Shown: positions 18,358 through 28,380 of the stretch, piece by piece
How positions within the stretch are numbered: position 1 is the stretch's first letter
Layout of the letters: each line of letters begins with the position of its first letter
Origin: Pseudomonadota bacterium
GTDB lineage: Bacteria; Pseudomonadota; Gammaproteobacteria; Burkholderiales; Thiobacillaceae
Assembly (NCBI GenBank): GCA_021811235.1
Contig: JAJZPG010000014.1
Location: 5,102 to 69,101, forward strand
DNA: 64,000 bases
Direction of reading: 5' to 3'
The notes under the pieces: model-generated
What the model was told of the DNA's origin: nothing
Database searches by the model: none
What the model saw: only the letters and a program-made list of their open reading frames with translations
Made by a program: the position numbers and the translations under genes

Positions 18358-20229
18358 ATGAAGGACAAGCGTTTCTACGACTTTCTGCACCGCCAGATCC
18401 TGGTGCTGATTTTTCTCTCGTTGCTCCCCGGACTTGGATATCTCTTTCTCGGCTGGCTGAACGGCGTGTTCGTGCCCGCCTTCGTCTGGTACCTGCTGAT
18501 CGTCGCCGTCTCGATCTGGGGCAGGCAGCTCTACCGCAACTTCGACTTCGGGACGATGAGCGAACGCCGGCGCGAAGGCTGGTACCGGCAGTGCACCTGG
18601 TTCATCTATGCGTTCTTCCTGCTGTGGATGCTGATCTTCCTGCTCTACGTCGGGCAGAGCGCCACCAAGCTGCACTACATCGCCATCTTCACCGAAATCG
18701 GCGCATCGGTCGTGGCGTCCTCGCTGCTGGCCTCGGACAAGCGCCTGTTCCGGCCGACCATCTTCCTCCTGATGGTGCCGCTGATCGTCTACTTCTTGCT
18801 CATCGGCGAATGGTACGGCCATGTGCTCAGCCTGTTCGCCGCCACCCTGACCTGGGTGCTGCTCTACTCCGCCAACAGCACGCACCAGCTGCTGATGAAG
18901 GCCAGCCACCAGGCCACGCACGATGCGCTCACCTCCCTCTACAATCGCCAGTACTTCATCGAACACCTGCAGCAACGGATGAATTCCCTCGGCGAAAGCG
19001 GCGAATACTCCTATCTCCTGCTCATCGACCTGGATCACTTCAAGACCGTCAACGACTCCCTCGGGCACGATGTCGGCGACCGCCTGCTGCAAAGCGTCGT
19101 CGCGCGCCTCGAACAACAGATCCCGGAAAACTGCGTGGTGGCGCGGCTCGGAGGCGACGAATTCATCATCACCGGCAGCGATTTCTCCGACCGGCAGGCA
19201 TGCGAGCAGGCCGCGCTGGACATCTCGGAACGGCTCGTCGTGGGCCTCAAGGAGCCGTATATCGTCGACCAGCACCATCTCTACATCAGCGCCAGCATCG
19301 GCGCGAGCATCATCAGCGGCCGCTGCGCCAACGCCAACCGCTTCATCAAGGAAGCCGACATCGCGATGTACGAAGTCAAGGCGAAAGGACGCGACGGCGT
19401 CTTCATGTTCAACGAGGAAATGGCCAGTCGCGTCGAAGGCAACCTGGAGATCGAGCGCCTGCTGCATTTCGCCCTCTCCGACGGGGAAATCACGCTGCAT
19501 TACCAGCCGCAGCTGAATCGCGACGGCCGCGTCATCGGCGCGGAAGCGCTGGTGCGCTGGCACAGTCCGATCCTCGGCGAGATTCCCCCTACCCGCTTCA
19601 TTCCCATCGCGGAACACACCGGCCTCATCGTCGAGCTCGGCAACCACATCCTCGAAACCGGCTTCCGCACGCTGCGCGCCTGGCACGATGCCGGCATCGA
19701 ACTCGACCAGTTCTCGCTCAACATCAGCATGCGGCAATTCACCCACCATGCCTTCGCGGCGCAGGTCGAGAAACTGGTGCAGCGCCATCTCGACCAAGTC
19801 CTTGCACGCAAGCTGATGTTCGAGATCACCGAATCGATCGTCGCCGAGGACATCCAGCGCGTCATTCTGGTCATGAAGCGGCTGAAGACGCTGGGGATCC
19901 GCTTTTCCATGGACGATTTCGGTACCGGCTATTCCTCCCTCAGCTACCTGAACCGGCTTCCGCTCGACGAGATCAAGATCGACCGTGCCTTCGTCAGCGC
20001 GCTCGGGCTGAACGAAGGCGACCGCGCCATGGTGACCACCATTCTCAACATGGCCGGCATCCTCAAGCTGAACATCGTGGCGGAGGGGGTGGAAACCTCG
20101 GAGCAGCTCGACTTCCTGCTGCAGCACGGCTGCCAGTTCTTCCAGGGCTACTACTTTTCGCGGCCGCTGCCGCAGGAGCAGTTCGAATCCTATTTCAGCA
20201 GCCGCTCTGGAACGCCGTCCGGGCTGTAA
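18358..20229 (+). CDS. Membrane-anchored GGDEF-EAL protein
   Basis: Multiple N-terminal TM helices, ARLGGDEF, AEALVRW, DDFGTGYSSL, EGVET. Confidence 0.9.
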   Translation: MKDKRFYDFLHRQILVLIFLSLLPGLGYLFLGWLNGVFVPAFVWYLLIVAVSIWGRQLYRNFDFGTMSERRREGWYRQCTWFIYAFFLLWMLIFLLYVGQSATKLHYIAIFTEIGASVVASSLLASDKRLFRPTIFLLMVPLIVYFLLIGEWYGHVLSLFAATLTWVLLYSANSTHQLLMKASHQATHDALTSLYNRQYFIEHLQQRMNSLGESGEYSYLLLIDLDHFKTVNDSLGHDVGDRLLQSVVARLEQQIPENCVVARLGGDEFIITGSDFSDRQACEQAALDISERLVVGLKEPYIVDQHHLYISASIGASIISGRCANANRFIKEADIAMYEVKAKGRDGVFMFNEEMASRVEGNLEIERLLHFALSDGEITLHYQPQLNRDGRVIGAEALVRWHSPILGEIPPTRFIPIAEHTGLIVELGNHILETGFRTLRAWHDAGIELDQFSLNISMRQFTHHAFAAQVEKLVQRHLDQVLARKLMFEITESIVAEDIQRVILVMKRLKTLGIRFSMDDFGTGYSSLSYLNRLPLDEIKIDRAFVSALGLNEGDRAMVTTILNMAGILKLNIVAEGVETSEQLDFLLQHGCQFFQGYYFSRPLPQEQFESYFSSRSGTPSGL

Positions 20230-20329
20230 GGGACGCGTGGCGGCCTGCCGTAGCCGGGGAAACGGACGGAGGATCCTGGCGGGAATGTGCTTTTAGAATG
20301 ATCGAAGACGGGCTGATCCCATCGACACC

Positions 20330-21544
20330 GTGCTGAAGAAAATCAAAACCAGCGAGCTGAGACCGGGTATGTACCTGCACGAACTATGCGGTTCGTGGAT
20401 GGAGCATCCGTTCTGGCGCAGCAAGTTCACCCTGAGCGCACCGGAGGACATCCGGCACATCCTCGAGAGCGGCATCGCCGAGGCCTGGATCGATGTCTCC
20501 AAAGGCCTGGACGTTGCGGACGAGGGCAAGCGGGAACCCGGCAAGTCGGTCACCGAAGTGCTGATGGAAGCCGAGATCGCGCGGCGCATCGAGACACCCC
20601 GGCAGGTGCCGATCAGCGAAGAACTCAAGCGGGCCGCGATGATCTGCGCCAAGGCCAAGCACGCGGTGGTCTCCATGTTCCAGGAAGTGCGCATGGGCAA
20701 GGCCATCTGCGCCGAAGACGCCGGCGAGCTGGTCGAGGCAATCTCGTCGTCGGTGCTGCGCAACCCGGGCGCGCTGATCAGCCTTGCGCGCCTCAAGACC
20801 GCAGACGAATACACCTACATGCACTCCGTCGCCGTGTGCGCGCTGATGGTGTCGCTGGCGCGGCAACTGGGCCTGAACGAAACCGAGGTGCGCGAGGCCG
20901 GCATGGCGGGCCTGCTGCATGACCTCGGCAAGGCGCTGATGCCGATGGACGTGCTCAACAAGCCCGGCCGGCTGACCGACGAGGAATTCCGCATCATCAA
21001 GAACCATCCCGTCGAGGGGCACCGCCTGCTGGTCGAGGGCAAGACGGCCAGCGCCATCGTGCTCGACGTCTGCCTGCACCACCACGAGAAGGTCGACGGC
21101 AGCGGCTATCCCGATCGCCTCCCGGGCGACCGGATCAGCCTGTTCGCCAAGATGGGGGCGGTCTGCGACGTCTACGATGCGATCACGTCCAACCGCCCCT
21201 ACAAGGCCGGCTGGGACCCGGCCGAATCCATCCGGAAAATGACCGAATGGAGCCAGGGACACTTCGACGAACGCGTGTTCCAGGCCTTCATCAAGAGCAT
21301 CGGCATCTACCCGGTCGGCTCGCTGGTGAGGCTCAGCTCCGGCCGCCTCGCGGTGGTGATCGAACAGTCGGAAAAGTCGCTGCTGGCGCCGCGCGTCAAG
21401 GTGTTCTTCTCGACCAAATCGCAAGCCTACATCCTGCCCGAGATCATCGATCTGTCGCGTCCGGGCGTCGTGGAGAAGATCGCCGGCCGCGAGGACGCGG
21501 CCCGGTGGGGAATCAAGAACCTGGACGAATTCTGGACCACCTGA
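20330..21544 (+). CDS. HD-GYP c-di-GMP phosphodiesterase with a DUF3391-like N-terminus
   Basis: GTG start; LRPGMY, LLHDLGK, HHEKVDGSGYP, DVYDAITSNRPYK. Confidence 0.9.
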   Translation: MLKKIKTSELRPGMYLHELCGSWMEHPFWRSKFTLSAPEDIRHILESGIAEAWIDVSKGLDVADEGKREPGKSVTEVLMEAEIARRIETPRQVPISEELKRAAMICAKAKHAVVSMFQEVRMGKAICAEDAGELVEAISSSVLRNPGALISLARLKTADEYTYMHSVAVCALMVSLARQLGLNETEVREAGMAGLLHDLGKALMPMDVLNKPGRLTDEEFRIIKNHPVEGHRLLVEGKTASAIVLDVCLHHHEKVDGSGYPDRLPGDRISLFAKMGAVCDVYDAITSNRPYKAGWDPAESIRKMTEWSQGHFDERVFQAFIKSIGIYPVGSLVRLSSGRLAVVIEQSEKSLLAPRVKVFFSTKSQAYILPEIIDLSRPGVVEKIAGREDAARWGIKNLDEFWTT

Positions 21545-21577
21545 ACCGTACGCCTGCTTCATGCCGCATACGCCGGC

Positions 21578-21901
21578 TCAGTACTTGATGCTCAGCCCCT
21601 TCTGTGCCGAAAACCAGGCGGCCAGATCGGCCATGTCGGCGTCCGACAGGTTCTTCACCTGCTCGGCCATGATGGGATTCTTGCGCTTGCCCGACTGGTA
21701 TTCCTTGAGCGCGTGAACCAGATAGTCGCGATGCTGGCCGGCCAGCTTGGGGAAGGACGGGATCTTGCTGACGCCGTCTTCGCCATGGCAGGCGGCGCAG
21801 GCGGTGGACTTGGCCTTGCCGGCCTCGGCGTTGCCCTTGCTGGCGTGGGCCGGCAGGGCGAAGACGAGGACGGCGGCGAGGACGATCGGTGATGTTTTCA
21901 T
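21578..21901 (-). CDS. Monoheme class I cytochrome c (c553/c4-half-like)
   Basis: Signal peptide, CAACHG, FPKLAGQ, axial Met in NPIM. Confidence 0.9.
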   Translation of the reverse strand: MKTSPIVLAAVLVFALPAHASKGNAEAGKAKSTACAACHGEDGVSKIPSFPKLAGQHRDYLVHALKEYQSGKRKNPIMAEQVKNLSDADMADLAAWFSAQKGLSIKY

Positions 21902-21912
21902 GGTGTCTCCCC

Positions 21913-22248
21913 TCACTTGGCCGGACCGCTGTAGGACGATGCGTAGTACGCCGCGAGATCCTCCATGTCCTGTTCGGACAGGCTGCCCGCGATGCCCACC
22001 ATGCTCGGATGGCTGCGCTCGCCGCTCTTGTAGGCCTTCAGCGCCGCCACGATATAATCGGCGTGCTGCCCGCCCAGCTTGGGCACGCTGTATACGCTGG
22101 GATAGGCGGTACGCCAGCCGGGGATGCCGTGACAACCGGCACACATCGAGGTTTTGAGTTGTCCGGCCTTGGGGTCGCCCGCTGCCTGAACCGGCACGGA
22201 CAACGCCATCAGCACGGACGCGCACAGCGTCATCGTGATGGTTTTCAT
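21913..22248 (-). CDS. Monoheme class I cytochrome c
   Basis: Signal peptide, CAGCHG, VPKLGGQ, HPSM. Confidence 0.9.
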   Translation of the reverse strand: MKTITMTLCASVLMALSVPVQAAGDPKAGQLKTSMCAGCHGIPGWRTAYPSVYSVPKLGGQHADYIVAALKAYKSGERSHPSMVGIAGSLSEQDMEDLAAYYASSYSGPAK

Positions 22249-22417
22249 CTTGCTCGCTCTCTCTTTGGTGGTTGATTGTCGATGCAACCCCGTCTGACGC
22301 AGGGCTTGCGATCGATTATAAAACCGGATACACCACCCGCCATGCGCACGGTGGGCAAAAAATCCTTTTATGACAACGAGTTATAACATTATTCGTTAAT
22401 ATGCTTCTGGAGCTGAC

Positions 22418-24223
22418 GTGATCGATCTCAAGGCCTGCCCGCTGTGGCTGTACCGCCTCCTGCCCTTTCTGCGCTGGTGGCCCTTCGTCACGCCGCAGAC
22501 GTTCAAGGCCGACAGCATCGCCGCCCTCACCGGCGCGATGGTCGTGCTGCCGCAGGCGGTGGCGTTCGCCACCATCGCCGGGCTGCCGCCCGAATACGGC
22601 CTCTATGCGGCGATGGTGCCCGCCATCGTCGGTGCGCTGTGGGGGTCGAGCTGGCATCTGGTATCGGGACCGACGACCGCCATCTCGATCGTGGTATTCG
22701 CCTCGATCAGCCCGCTGGCCGAGCCCGGCAGTCCGCAGTTCATCGGCCTGGTGCTCACCCTCACCCTGCTGACCGGCCTGATCCAGCTGGCGATGGGCCT
22801 GGCGCGGCTGGGCGCACTGGTGAACTTCATCTCGCACACCGTCATCATCGGCTTCACCGCAGGCGCGGCCATCCTCATCGCCGCCAGCCAGATCAAGAAC
22901 TTCTTCGGGCTCGACATGCCGCGCGGCGCGCACTTCCACGAAGTGCTGATCCACTTCGGCACCCACGTCATGGACATCCAGCCCTGGGTCCTCGCAGTCG
23001 GCGTGGTCACACTGGTGTCGGGCATGCTCGCCAAACGCTATCTGCAGAAACTGCCCTACATGATCGTCGCCATGGTGATGGGCAGCGTGGTGGCGGCTCT
23101 CATCAATGCGCAATACGGTGCCGAGCAAACCGGCATCCGCACCGTCGGCGCGCTGGTGGCCTCGTTCCCGCCGTTCTCGGTGCCGGATTTCTCGCTCACC
23201 GCGATCAAGCAGACCCTGTTTCCCGCCACCATCATCGCGATCCTCGCGCTGACCGAAGCGGTGGCGATCGCGCGCTCGGTCGCGATCAAGTCCGACCAGC
23301 GCATCGACAGCAACCAGGAATTCGTCGGCCAGGGCCTGTCCAACATCGCCGGCAGCTTCTTCTCCGGCTACGCCTCCAGCGGCTCGTTCAACCGCAGCGG
23401 CGTCAACTATGCCTCGGGCGCGAAGACGCCGCTCGCCGCCGCGCTGTCGGCGGTGTTCCTGCTCGCCATCGTGCTGCTGGTGGCGCCGCTCGCCGCCTAC
23501 CTGCCGGTGCCTTCGATGGCCGCCATCCTGTTCATCGTGGCATGGAGCCTGATCGACTTCCATCACATCGGCGAAATCTTCAAGCGCCACAAGCGCGAAC
23601 GCATCGTCCTCGGGCTGACCTTCGTCGGCACCCTGATCGACCTGGAGAAGGGCATCTTCCTAGGCATCCTGGTGTCGCTGCTGTTCTATCTCTACCGCAC
23701 CTCGCAGCCGTCGATCCGCGAACTGGTCCCGGAGCCGTCCGAACTCGACAATCCGCGCCGCAAGTTCGTGCCCGCCACGCTCGCCACCCCCAGCTGCCCG
23801 CAGATGGCCATGCTGCGCGTCGAGGGCTCGATCTTCTTCGGTGCGGTCGAGCACGTGCAGCAGGCCTTCCGCAACGTCGACGAGGCCGATCCGCAGAAGA
23901 AGAACCTGCTGATCACCTCGCGCGCGATCGGTTTCATCGATCTCGCCGGCGCCGAACTGCTGGCGAAGGAAGCGACCCGCCGCCGCAAGCTCGGCGGCGG
24001 GCTGTATCTGGTGGGGGTGCAGCCGGATTTCTGCGAGATGCTGCGCCGCAGCGGCCAGGTGGATACCGTCGGCGAGGACCAGATCTTCAAGCACAAGGGC
24101 GAGGCGATCCAGGCGATCTACCCGCGCCTCGACAACGCGATCTGCCGCACCTGCACCGCCCGGATCTTCCAGGAATGCCACGTCGCGCTGCCGGACGGCA
24201 CGCCGCGCTCGGTCAGCGGCTGA
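22418..24223 (+). CDS. SulP/SLC26 anion permease with a STAS domain
   Basis: GAMVVLPQAVAFA.IAGLPPEYGLYAA, SGPTTAIS, NQEFVGQGLSNI, STAS (GSIFFGA). Confidence 0.93.
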   Translation: MIDLKACPLWLYRLLPFLRWWPFVTPQTFKADSIAALTGAMVVLPQAVAFATIAGLPPEYGLYAAMVPAIVGALWGSSWHLVSGPTTAISIVVFASISPLAEPGSPQFIGLVLTLTLLTGLIQLAMGLARLGALVNFISHTVIIGFTAGAAILIAASQIKNFFGLDMPRGAHFHEVLIHFGTHVMDIQPWVLAVGVVTLVSGMLAKRYLQKLPYMIVAMVMGSVVAALINAQYGAEQTGIRTVGALVASFPPFSVPDFSLTAIKQTLFPATIIAILALTEAVAIARSVAIKSDQRIDSNQEFVGQGLSNIAGSFFSGYASSGSFNRSGVNYASGAKTPLAAALSAVFLLAIVLLVAPLAAYLPVPSMAAILFIVAWSLIDFHHIGEIFKRHKRERIVLGLTFVGTLIDLEKGIFLGILVSLLFYLYRTSQPSIRELVPEPSELDNPRRKFVPATLATPSCPQMAMLRVEGSIFFGAVEHVQQAFRNVDEADPQKKNLLITSRAIGFIDLAGAELLAKEATRRRKLGGGLYLVGVQPDFCEMLRRSGQVDTVGEDQIFKHKGEAIQAIYPRLDNAICRTCTARIFQECHVALPDGTPRSVSG

Positions 24224-24716
24224 GCGTTCCGTTCATCCCGGCCGCATGCGCGCGCCGCCACTTCCAGGGCGGAACCGGATCGGCCGCCTGCCACAGGCCG
24301 ATCCGCATGCGCCGCGCCTCGCGCTGCAGCATGCGCGCCGGATCATCCGCACTGCGCGAAGACGACCACGCATGGCCGCGCCGCACCAGTTCCACATTCA
24401 CCGGCACGGATTCAACCATGAGCATTCCGAGCTTGCGGCCGTAGCCATCGGTGGCGACGACGTCGAGTGTCGCGCGCCGCTTCAGCGCCATGTCCTTCAA
24501 CGCGCGCGTCGCCGTCCCGCCGTGCGGCTGATCCTTCTCGGGGGCGTCGATGCCGGCAAGGCGCACCTTGAGAAAGGCGCGCGACGCAGGACGCCAGGAG
24601 TCGGGCTTGAACAGCACGGTGTCGCCGTCGATCACCACGATGACGACGCCCTGCAGCGTGTCCGCGCCTGACGCAGCAGCAACGAACAGCAGGCTTAGCG
24701 CGAAAAGGAATCTCAC
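24213..24716 (-). CDS. Secreted thermonuclease (SNase-like)
   Basis: Signal peptide, DGDT, RLAGIDAPE, DGYGR, GLW...P.PPWKWR; GTGA overlap with recN. Confidence 0.88.
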   Translation of the reverse strand: MRFLFALSLLFVAAASGADTLQGVVIVVIDGDTVLFKPDSWRPASRAFLKVRLAGIDAPEKDQPHGGTATRALKDMALKRRATLDVVATDGYGRKLGMLMVESVPVNVELVRRGHAWSSSRSADDPARMLQREARRMRIGLWQAADPVPPWKWRRAHAAGMNGTLSR

Positions 24717-26368
24717 CCGGCGAGCATTTCGGCGGCGTGCTGCCGCGTCGTCGCGGTAATTTTCAGGCCGCCCAGCATGCGGGCGATCTCCTCCACCCGC
24801 GCGGCCTCATCCAGCGCCTCGATGTTGGACGAGACGAAGCCGCCGTTGGCCTGCTTGGCGACGCGCAGATGCTGCGTGCCGCGCGCCGCCACCTGCGGCA
24901 GGTGGGTGATGACCAGCACCTGGCGGGTCTCACCGAGTTTCGCCAACCGCCGCCCCACCGCTTCGGCGACGCTGCCGCCGATGCCGACGTCGACCTCGTC
25001 GAAGATCAGCGTCGGCACCCCGGCCACGCCCGACAGCGCAGTCTGGATCGCCAGGCTGATGCGAGACAGTTCGCCGCCCGACGCCACCTTGCCCAGCGGA
25101 CCCGGCGGCAGGCCGGGATGGCTGGCGACGAGAAAGCCCGCGTCTTCCAGCCCGTACGCACGCGGCTCGGGGGTCGCCTGTAGCTGGATGTCGAGATGGC
25201 CGCCGGCGAGTGCGAGTTCGTGCATCGCCGTCGTCACCTGTTTCGACAGCGCGGCGGCCGCCTTGCGGCGCTGGTCGCCGAGCTGCTTCGCGCCCTTCCG
25301 GTACTGCGCGAGGGCGGCCTCCTCGGCCGCCTGCAGCGCATCGAGATCGTCGCCAGCGGCGAGTTCGACCAGCCGCGCCGCGAACTGCTCCAGCAAGCCG
25401 GCCAGCGCGTCGGGCTGCACCCGATGCTTGCGTGCCAGCCGGTGCATGTCGGCGAGCCGCCGATCGAGCTCGGCGAGGCGCTCGGGATCGAGGTTGAGAT
25501 GGCCGGCGTAGCGGCGCAAGGCGTGCACCGCCTCGGCCACATCGGCACTCGCCGCATCGAGTAGCGCAACGACCTCCTTCAGGCTGTCGTCGACCGCCTG
25601 CATGGCGTCGAGTCGCGCGCGCATGTCGCCGAGCTGGCTCGACACCGCCGATTCGCCTTCGTCCAGCCCCTCGATCAGTGCATGGCTGCCCTCGAGCAGC
25701 GTGGTCACGTGGGCCAGCCGCGCGTGTTCGGTCTGGATCTCGTCCCAACGTGCGAGATCGTCGCCCAGCGCGCGCAATTCCTCCACCGCCAGCGTGAGCC
25801 CCTCGCGTTCGATCTGCCGCGCCTGGCCGTGGGTCTCGGCCTCCAACCGATGCTGCCGCGCGGCCTGCCAGGCATGCCAGGCCGCGCTCACGGCGGCGGC
25901 CTGCGGCTGCGCGCCGGCATAGGCGTCGAGCACCTCGCGCTGGGTCTGCGGACGCAACAGCGCGTGATGCGCGTGCTGGCCGTGGATGTCGAGCAGGAAT
26001 TCGGCAGCGTCCTTCAGTTGTGCGAGCGTCGCGGCGCTACCGTTGATGAAGGCGCGTGAACGGCCGCCGGCGTCGATCACCCGGCGCAGGATCAGCGCGC
26101 CGTCGTCCGAGGCGAAGCCGGCTTCATCGAGCCAGTCCACAAGCGCCGGCAGGCCGTCGATGGTGAATTCGGCGGCGATCTCGGCACGCGGCGCGCCCTG
26201 GCGCACCACCCCGCCCTCGGCGCGGTCGCCCAGCGCCAGCGCCAGCGCGTCGATCAGGATGGATTTTCCGGCGCCGGTCTCGCCGGTGAGCACGGTCAGC
26301 CCCGGCGCGAAATCGAGCTCGACCGATTCGACCAGGAGATAGTTGCGGATGGATAAATGAACGAGCAT
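24713..26368 (-). CDS. recN: DNA repair protein RecN
   Basis: GETGAGKS, IHGQH, SGGELSR, IFDEVDVGIGG, ITHLPQVAA. Confidence 0.97.
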   Translation of the reverse strand: MLVHLSIRNYLLVESVELDFAPGLTVLTGETGAGKSILIDALALALGDRAEGGVVRQGAPRAEIAAEFTIDGLPALVDWLDEAGFASDDGALILRRVIDAGGRSRAFINGSAATLAQLKDAAEFLLDIHGQHAHHALLRPQTQREVLDAYAGAQPQAAAVSAAWHAWQAARQHRLEAETHGQARQIEREGLTLAVEELRALGDDLARWDEIQTEHARLAHVTTLLEGSHALIEGLDEGESAVSSQLGDMRARLDAMQAVDDSLKEVVALLDAASADVAEAVHALRRYAGHLNLDPERLAELDRRLADMHRLARKHRVQPDALAGLLEQFAARLVELAAGDDLDALQAAEEAALAQYRKGAKQLGDQRRKAAAALSKQVTTAMHELALAGGHLDIQLQATPEPRAYGLEDAGFLVASHPGLPPGPLGKVASGGELSRISLAIQTALSGVAGVPTLIFDEVDVGIGGSVAEAVGRRLAKLGETRQVLVITHLPQVAARGTQHLRVAKQANGGFVSSNIEALDEAARVEEIARMLGGLKITATTRQHAAEMLAG

Positions 26369-26375
26369 GAACTGC

Positions 26376-27248
26376 TCAGAGTTTCTTGCCCCAGTGCAGC
26401 TTCTGCCTGAGGGTGTCGTAGTAGCTGTAGGAATGCGGATGCAGCAGGGTGACCGGCCGGCTGGCGCGGGTGATCCACACGTGGTCGCCGCTGAGCAGGT
26501 CGAAATGGTGCTGGCCGTCGAAGTGGACGCGCGCGTCGTCGGCGTAGGTCAGGTGCAGCTCGATGCGCGAATGGCTGCTGACCACGATGGGACGCGCCGA
26601 CAGGGTGTGCGGGCAGATCGGCACCAGGGCGACGGCTTCCAGCGTCGGGTGCACGATCGGGCCGCCGGCCGACAGCGCATAGGCCGTGGTGCCGGTCGGG
26701 CTGGTGACCACCAGGCCGTCGGCGCGCTGGCTGTAGACGAATTCGCTGTTGATGGCGATTTCCAGGTCGATCAGGCGGCCCGAACCGCCCTTGCCGACCA
26801 CCACGTCGTTGAACGCGGTGGCCTCGAACACGCGCTCGCCGTTGCGGCGGATCTGCCCGTTGAGCAGGATGCGCTCTTCCGCCACGTATTGGCCGCTGAG
26901 GATTTCCGCCACCGCGTCGTACATGTCGTCGACCGTGATGTCGGTGAGAAAGCCCAGCCGGCCCTGATTGATGCCGATCAACGGCGCGCCGTGCGGCGCC
27001 AGTTCGCGCGCGATCGACAGCATGGTGCCGTCCCCCCCCAGCACCACCACGGCATCGCTTTCGCTCGCCAGCTGGTGCAGGTTGCGGGTGGGGAAATCCG
27101 CGATCCCGAAATGTTCTGCGGTCTGGCTGGCAAGCAGGACCGCATGCCCGCGCCCGCGCAGAAATTCGGCCAGCGCCCGCACGGAGGCTTCCATGCCCTG
27201 ATTATCGTATTTGCCGACGAGGCCGACGGTATGGAAAGGGGTTTGCAT
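26376..27248 (-). CDS. nadK: NAD kinase
   Basis: GGDGTML, NQGRLGFL, FNDVV, DGLVVTSPTGTTAYALSAGGP. Confidence 0.97.
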   Translation of the reverse strand: MQTPFHTVGLVGKYDNQGMEASVRALAEFLRGRGHAVLLASQTAEHFGIADFPTRNLHQLASESDAVVVLGGDGTMLSIARELAPHGAPLIGINQGRLGFLTDITVDDMYDAVAEILSGQYVAEERILLNGQIRRNGERVFEATAFNDVVVGKGGSGRLIDLEIAINSEFVYSQRADGLVVTSPTGTTAYALSAGGPIVHPTLEAVALVPICPHTLSARPIVVSSHSRIELHLTYADDARVHFDGQHHFDLLSGDHVWITRASRPVTLLHPHSYSYYDTLRQKLHWGKKL

Positions 27249-27256
27249 GAGGGGCG

Positions 27257-27357
27257 ATTATATAGGGCTCAGGGGCCAGGATTCAGGGGTCAGGGGGTTT
27301 TGATTCGTGGCCTTCGGCCGCTCATTCCCTGAATCCTGAATCCTGTCCCCTTATAAT
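27257..27357. promoter_or_regulatory. Divergent sigma70 -10 boxes for nadK (minus, 27257-27262) and hrcA (plus, 27352-27357)
   Basis: Perfect TATAAT on each strand directly upstream of each start codon. Confidence 0.6.
27264..27350. repeat. Heptad-based inverted repeat element (GGATTCAGG...CCTGAATCC), copy 1
   Basis: AGGATTCAGGGGTCAGGGGGTTTTG ... CCCTGAATCCTGAATCCTG with an inner GGCC-TTC-GGCC hairpin; a related copy lies at 51490-51595. Confidence 0.75.
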
Positions 27358-27363
27358 GACCCC

Positions 27364-28380
27364 ATGCTCACCGACCGCGCCCGCATCCTGCTGAAAACCC
27401 TGGTTGAACGGTATATCGCCGAAGGCGAACCGGTGGGTTCGCGTACCCTGTCGAAGCACTCGGGGCTGGATCTGTCGCCGGCGAGCATCCGCAACGTCAT
27501 GGCCGACCTCGAGGACATGGGCTTCGTCACCAGTCCGCACACCTCGGCCGGGCGCGTGCCGACGCCGCGCGGCTACCGCTTCTTCGTCGACACCCTGCTG
27601 ACCGTGCGCCCGCTCGACCAGCGCGCAGTCAGCCAGCTCGAATCCAGCCTGACGCCGTCCGACCCGCAGCGCCTGATGACCGCGGCGTCCACCCTGCTGT
27701 CCGATCTCAGCCAGTTCGCCGGGCTGGTGATGACGCCGCGCCGCAGCCCGGCGTTCCGCCAGATCGAATTCCTCAGCCTGTCGGACAAGCGCATCCTGCT
27801 CATCATCGTCACCATGGAAGGCGAGGTCGAGAACCGCGTCATCCTCACCGAGCAGCCCTACAGCGCCTCCGCGCTGGCCGAGGCGGCCAACTACTTCAAC
27901 CAGAACTTCGCCGGCTTCACCTTCGACCAGGTGCGCGCCAAGCTGCGCGACGAGCTCGGCCGCATGCGCGACGACATCACCCGGCTGATGAGCGCCGCGG
28001 TCGACGCCGGCAGCCAGGCGCACGACGCCAGCCAGGACAACGTGGTGGTGTCCGGCAGCCGCAAGCTGCTCGACGTCGAGGAACTCTCCAGCAACATGGG
28101 CAGCCTGCGCCGCCTATTCGACGCCTTCGAGCAGAAGACCGGCCTGCTGCAACTGCTCGACCAGTCGCGCAGCGCCGCCGGCGTGCAGATCTTCATCGGC
28201 GGCGAATCCGAGCTGCTGCCGCTCGACGAATGCAGCCTCGTCACCGCGCCCTACTCGGTCGACGGCCAGGTGGTCGGCACGCTCGGCGTGGTCGGCCCCA
28301 CCCGCATGGCCTACGAGCGCGTGGTACCGATCGTCGATATCACCGCCAAACTTCTATCGAGCGCGCTGTCGCACCATTGA
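27364..28380 (+). CDS. hrcA: Heat-inducible transcription repressor HrcA
   Basis: [50 protein letters not shown]. Confidence 0.97.
   Translation: MLTDRARILLKTLVERYIAEGEPVGSRTLSKHSGLDLSPASIRNVMADLEDMGFVTSPHTSAGRVPTPRGYRFFVDTLLTVRPLDQRAVSQLESSLTPSDPQRLMTAASTLLSDLSQFAGLVMTPRRSPAFRQIEFLSLSDKRILLIIVTMEGEVENRVILTEQPYSASALAEAANYFNQNFAGFTFDQVRAKLRDELGRMRDDITRLMSAAVDAGSQAHDASQDNVVVSGSRKLLDVEELSSNMGSLRRLFDAFEQKTGLLQLLDQSRSAAGVQIFIGGESELLPLDECSLVTAPYSVDGQVVGTLGVVGPTRMAYERVVPIVDITAKLLSSALSHH

Noticed and set aside
27240-27364. CIRCE operator upstream of hrcA
   Set aside because: No TTAGCACTC-N9-GAGTGCTAA or near match is present.
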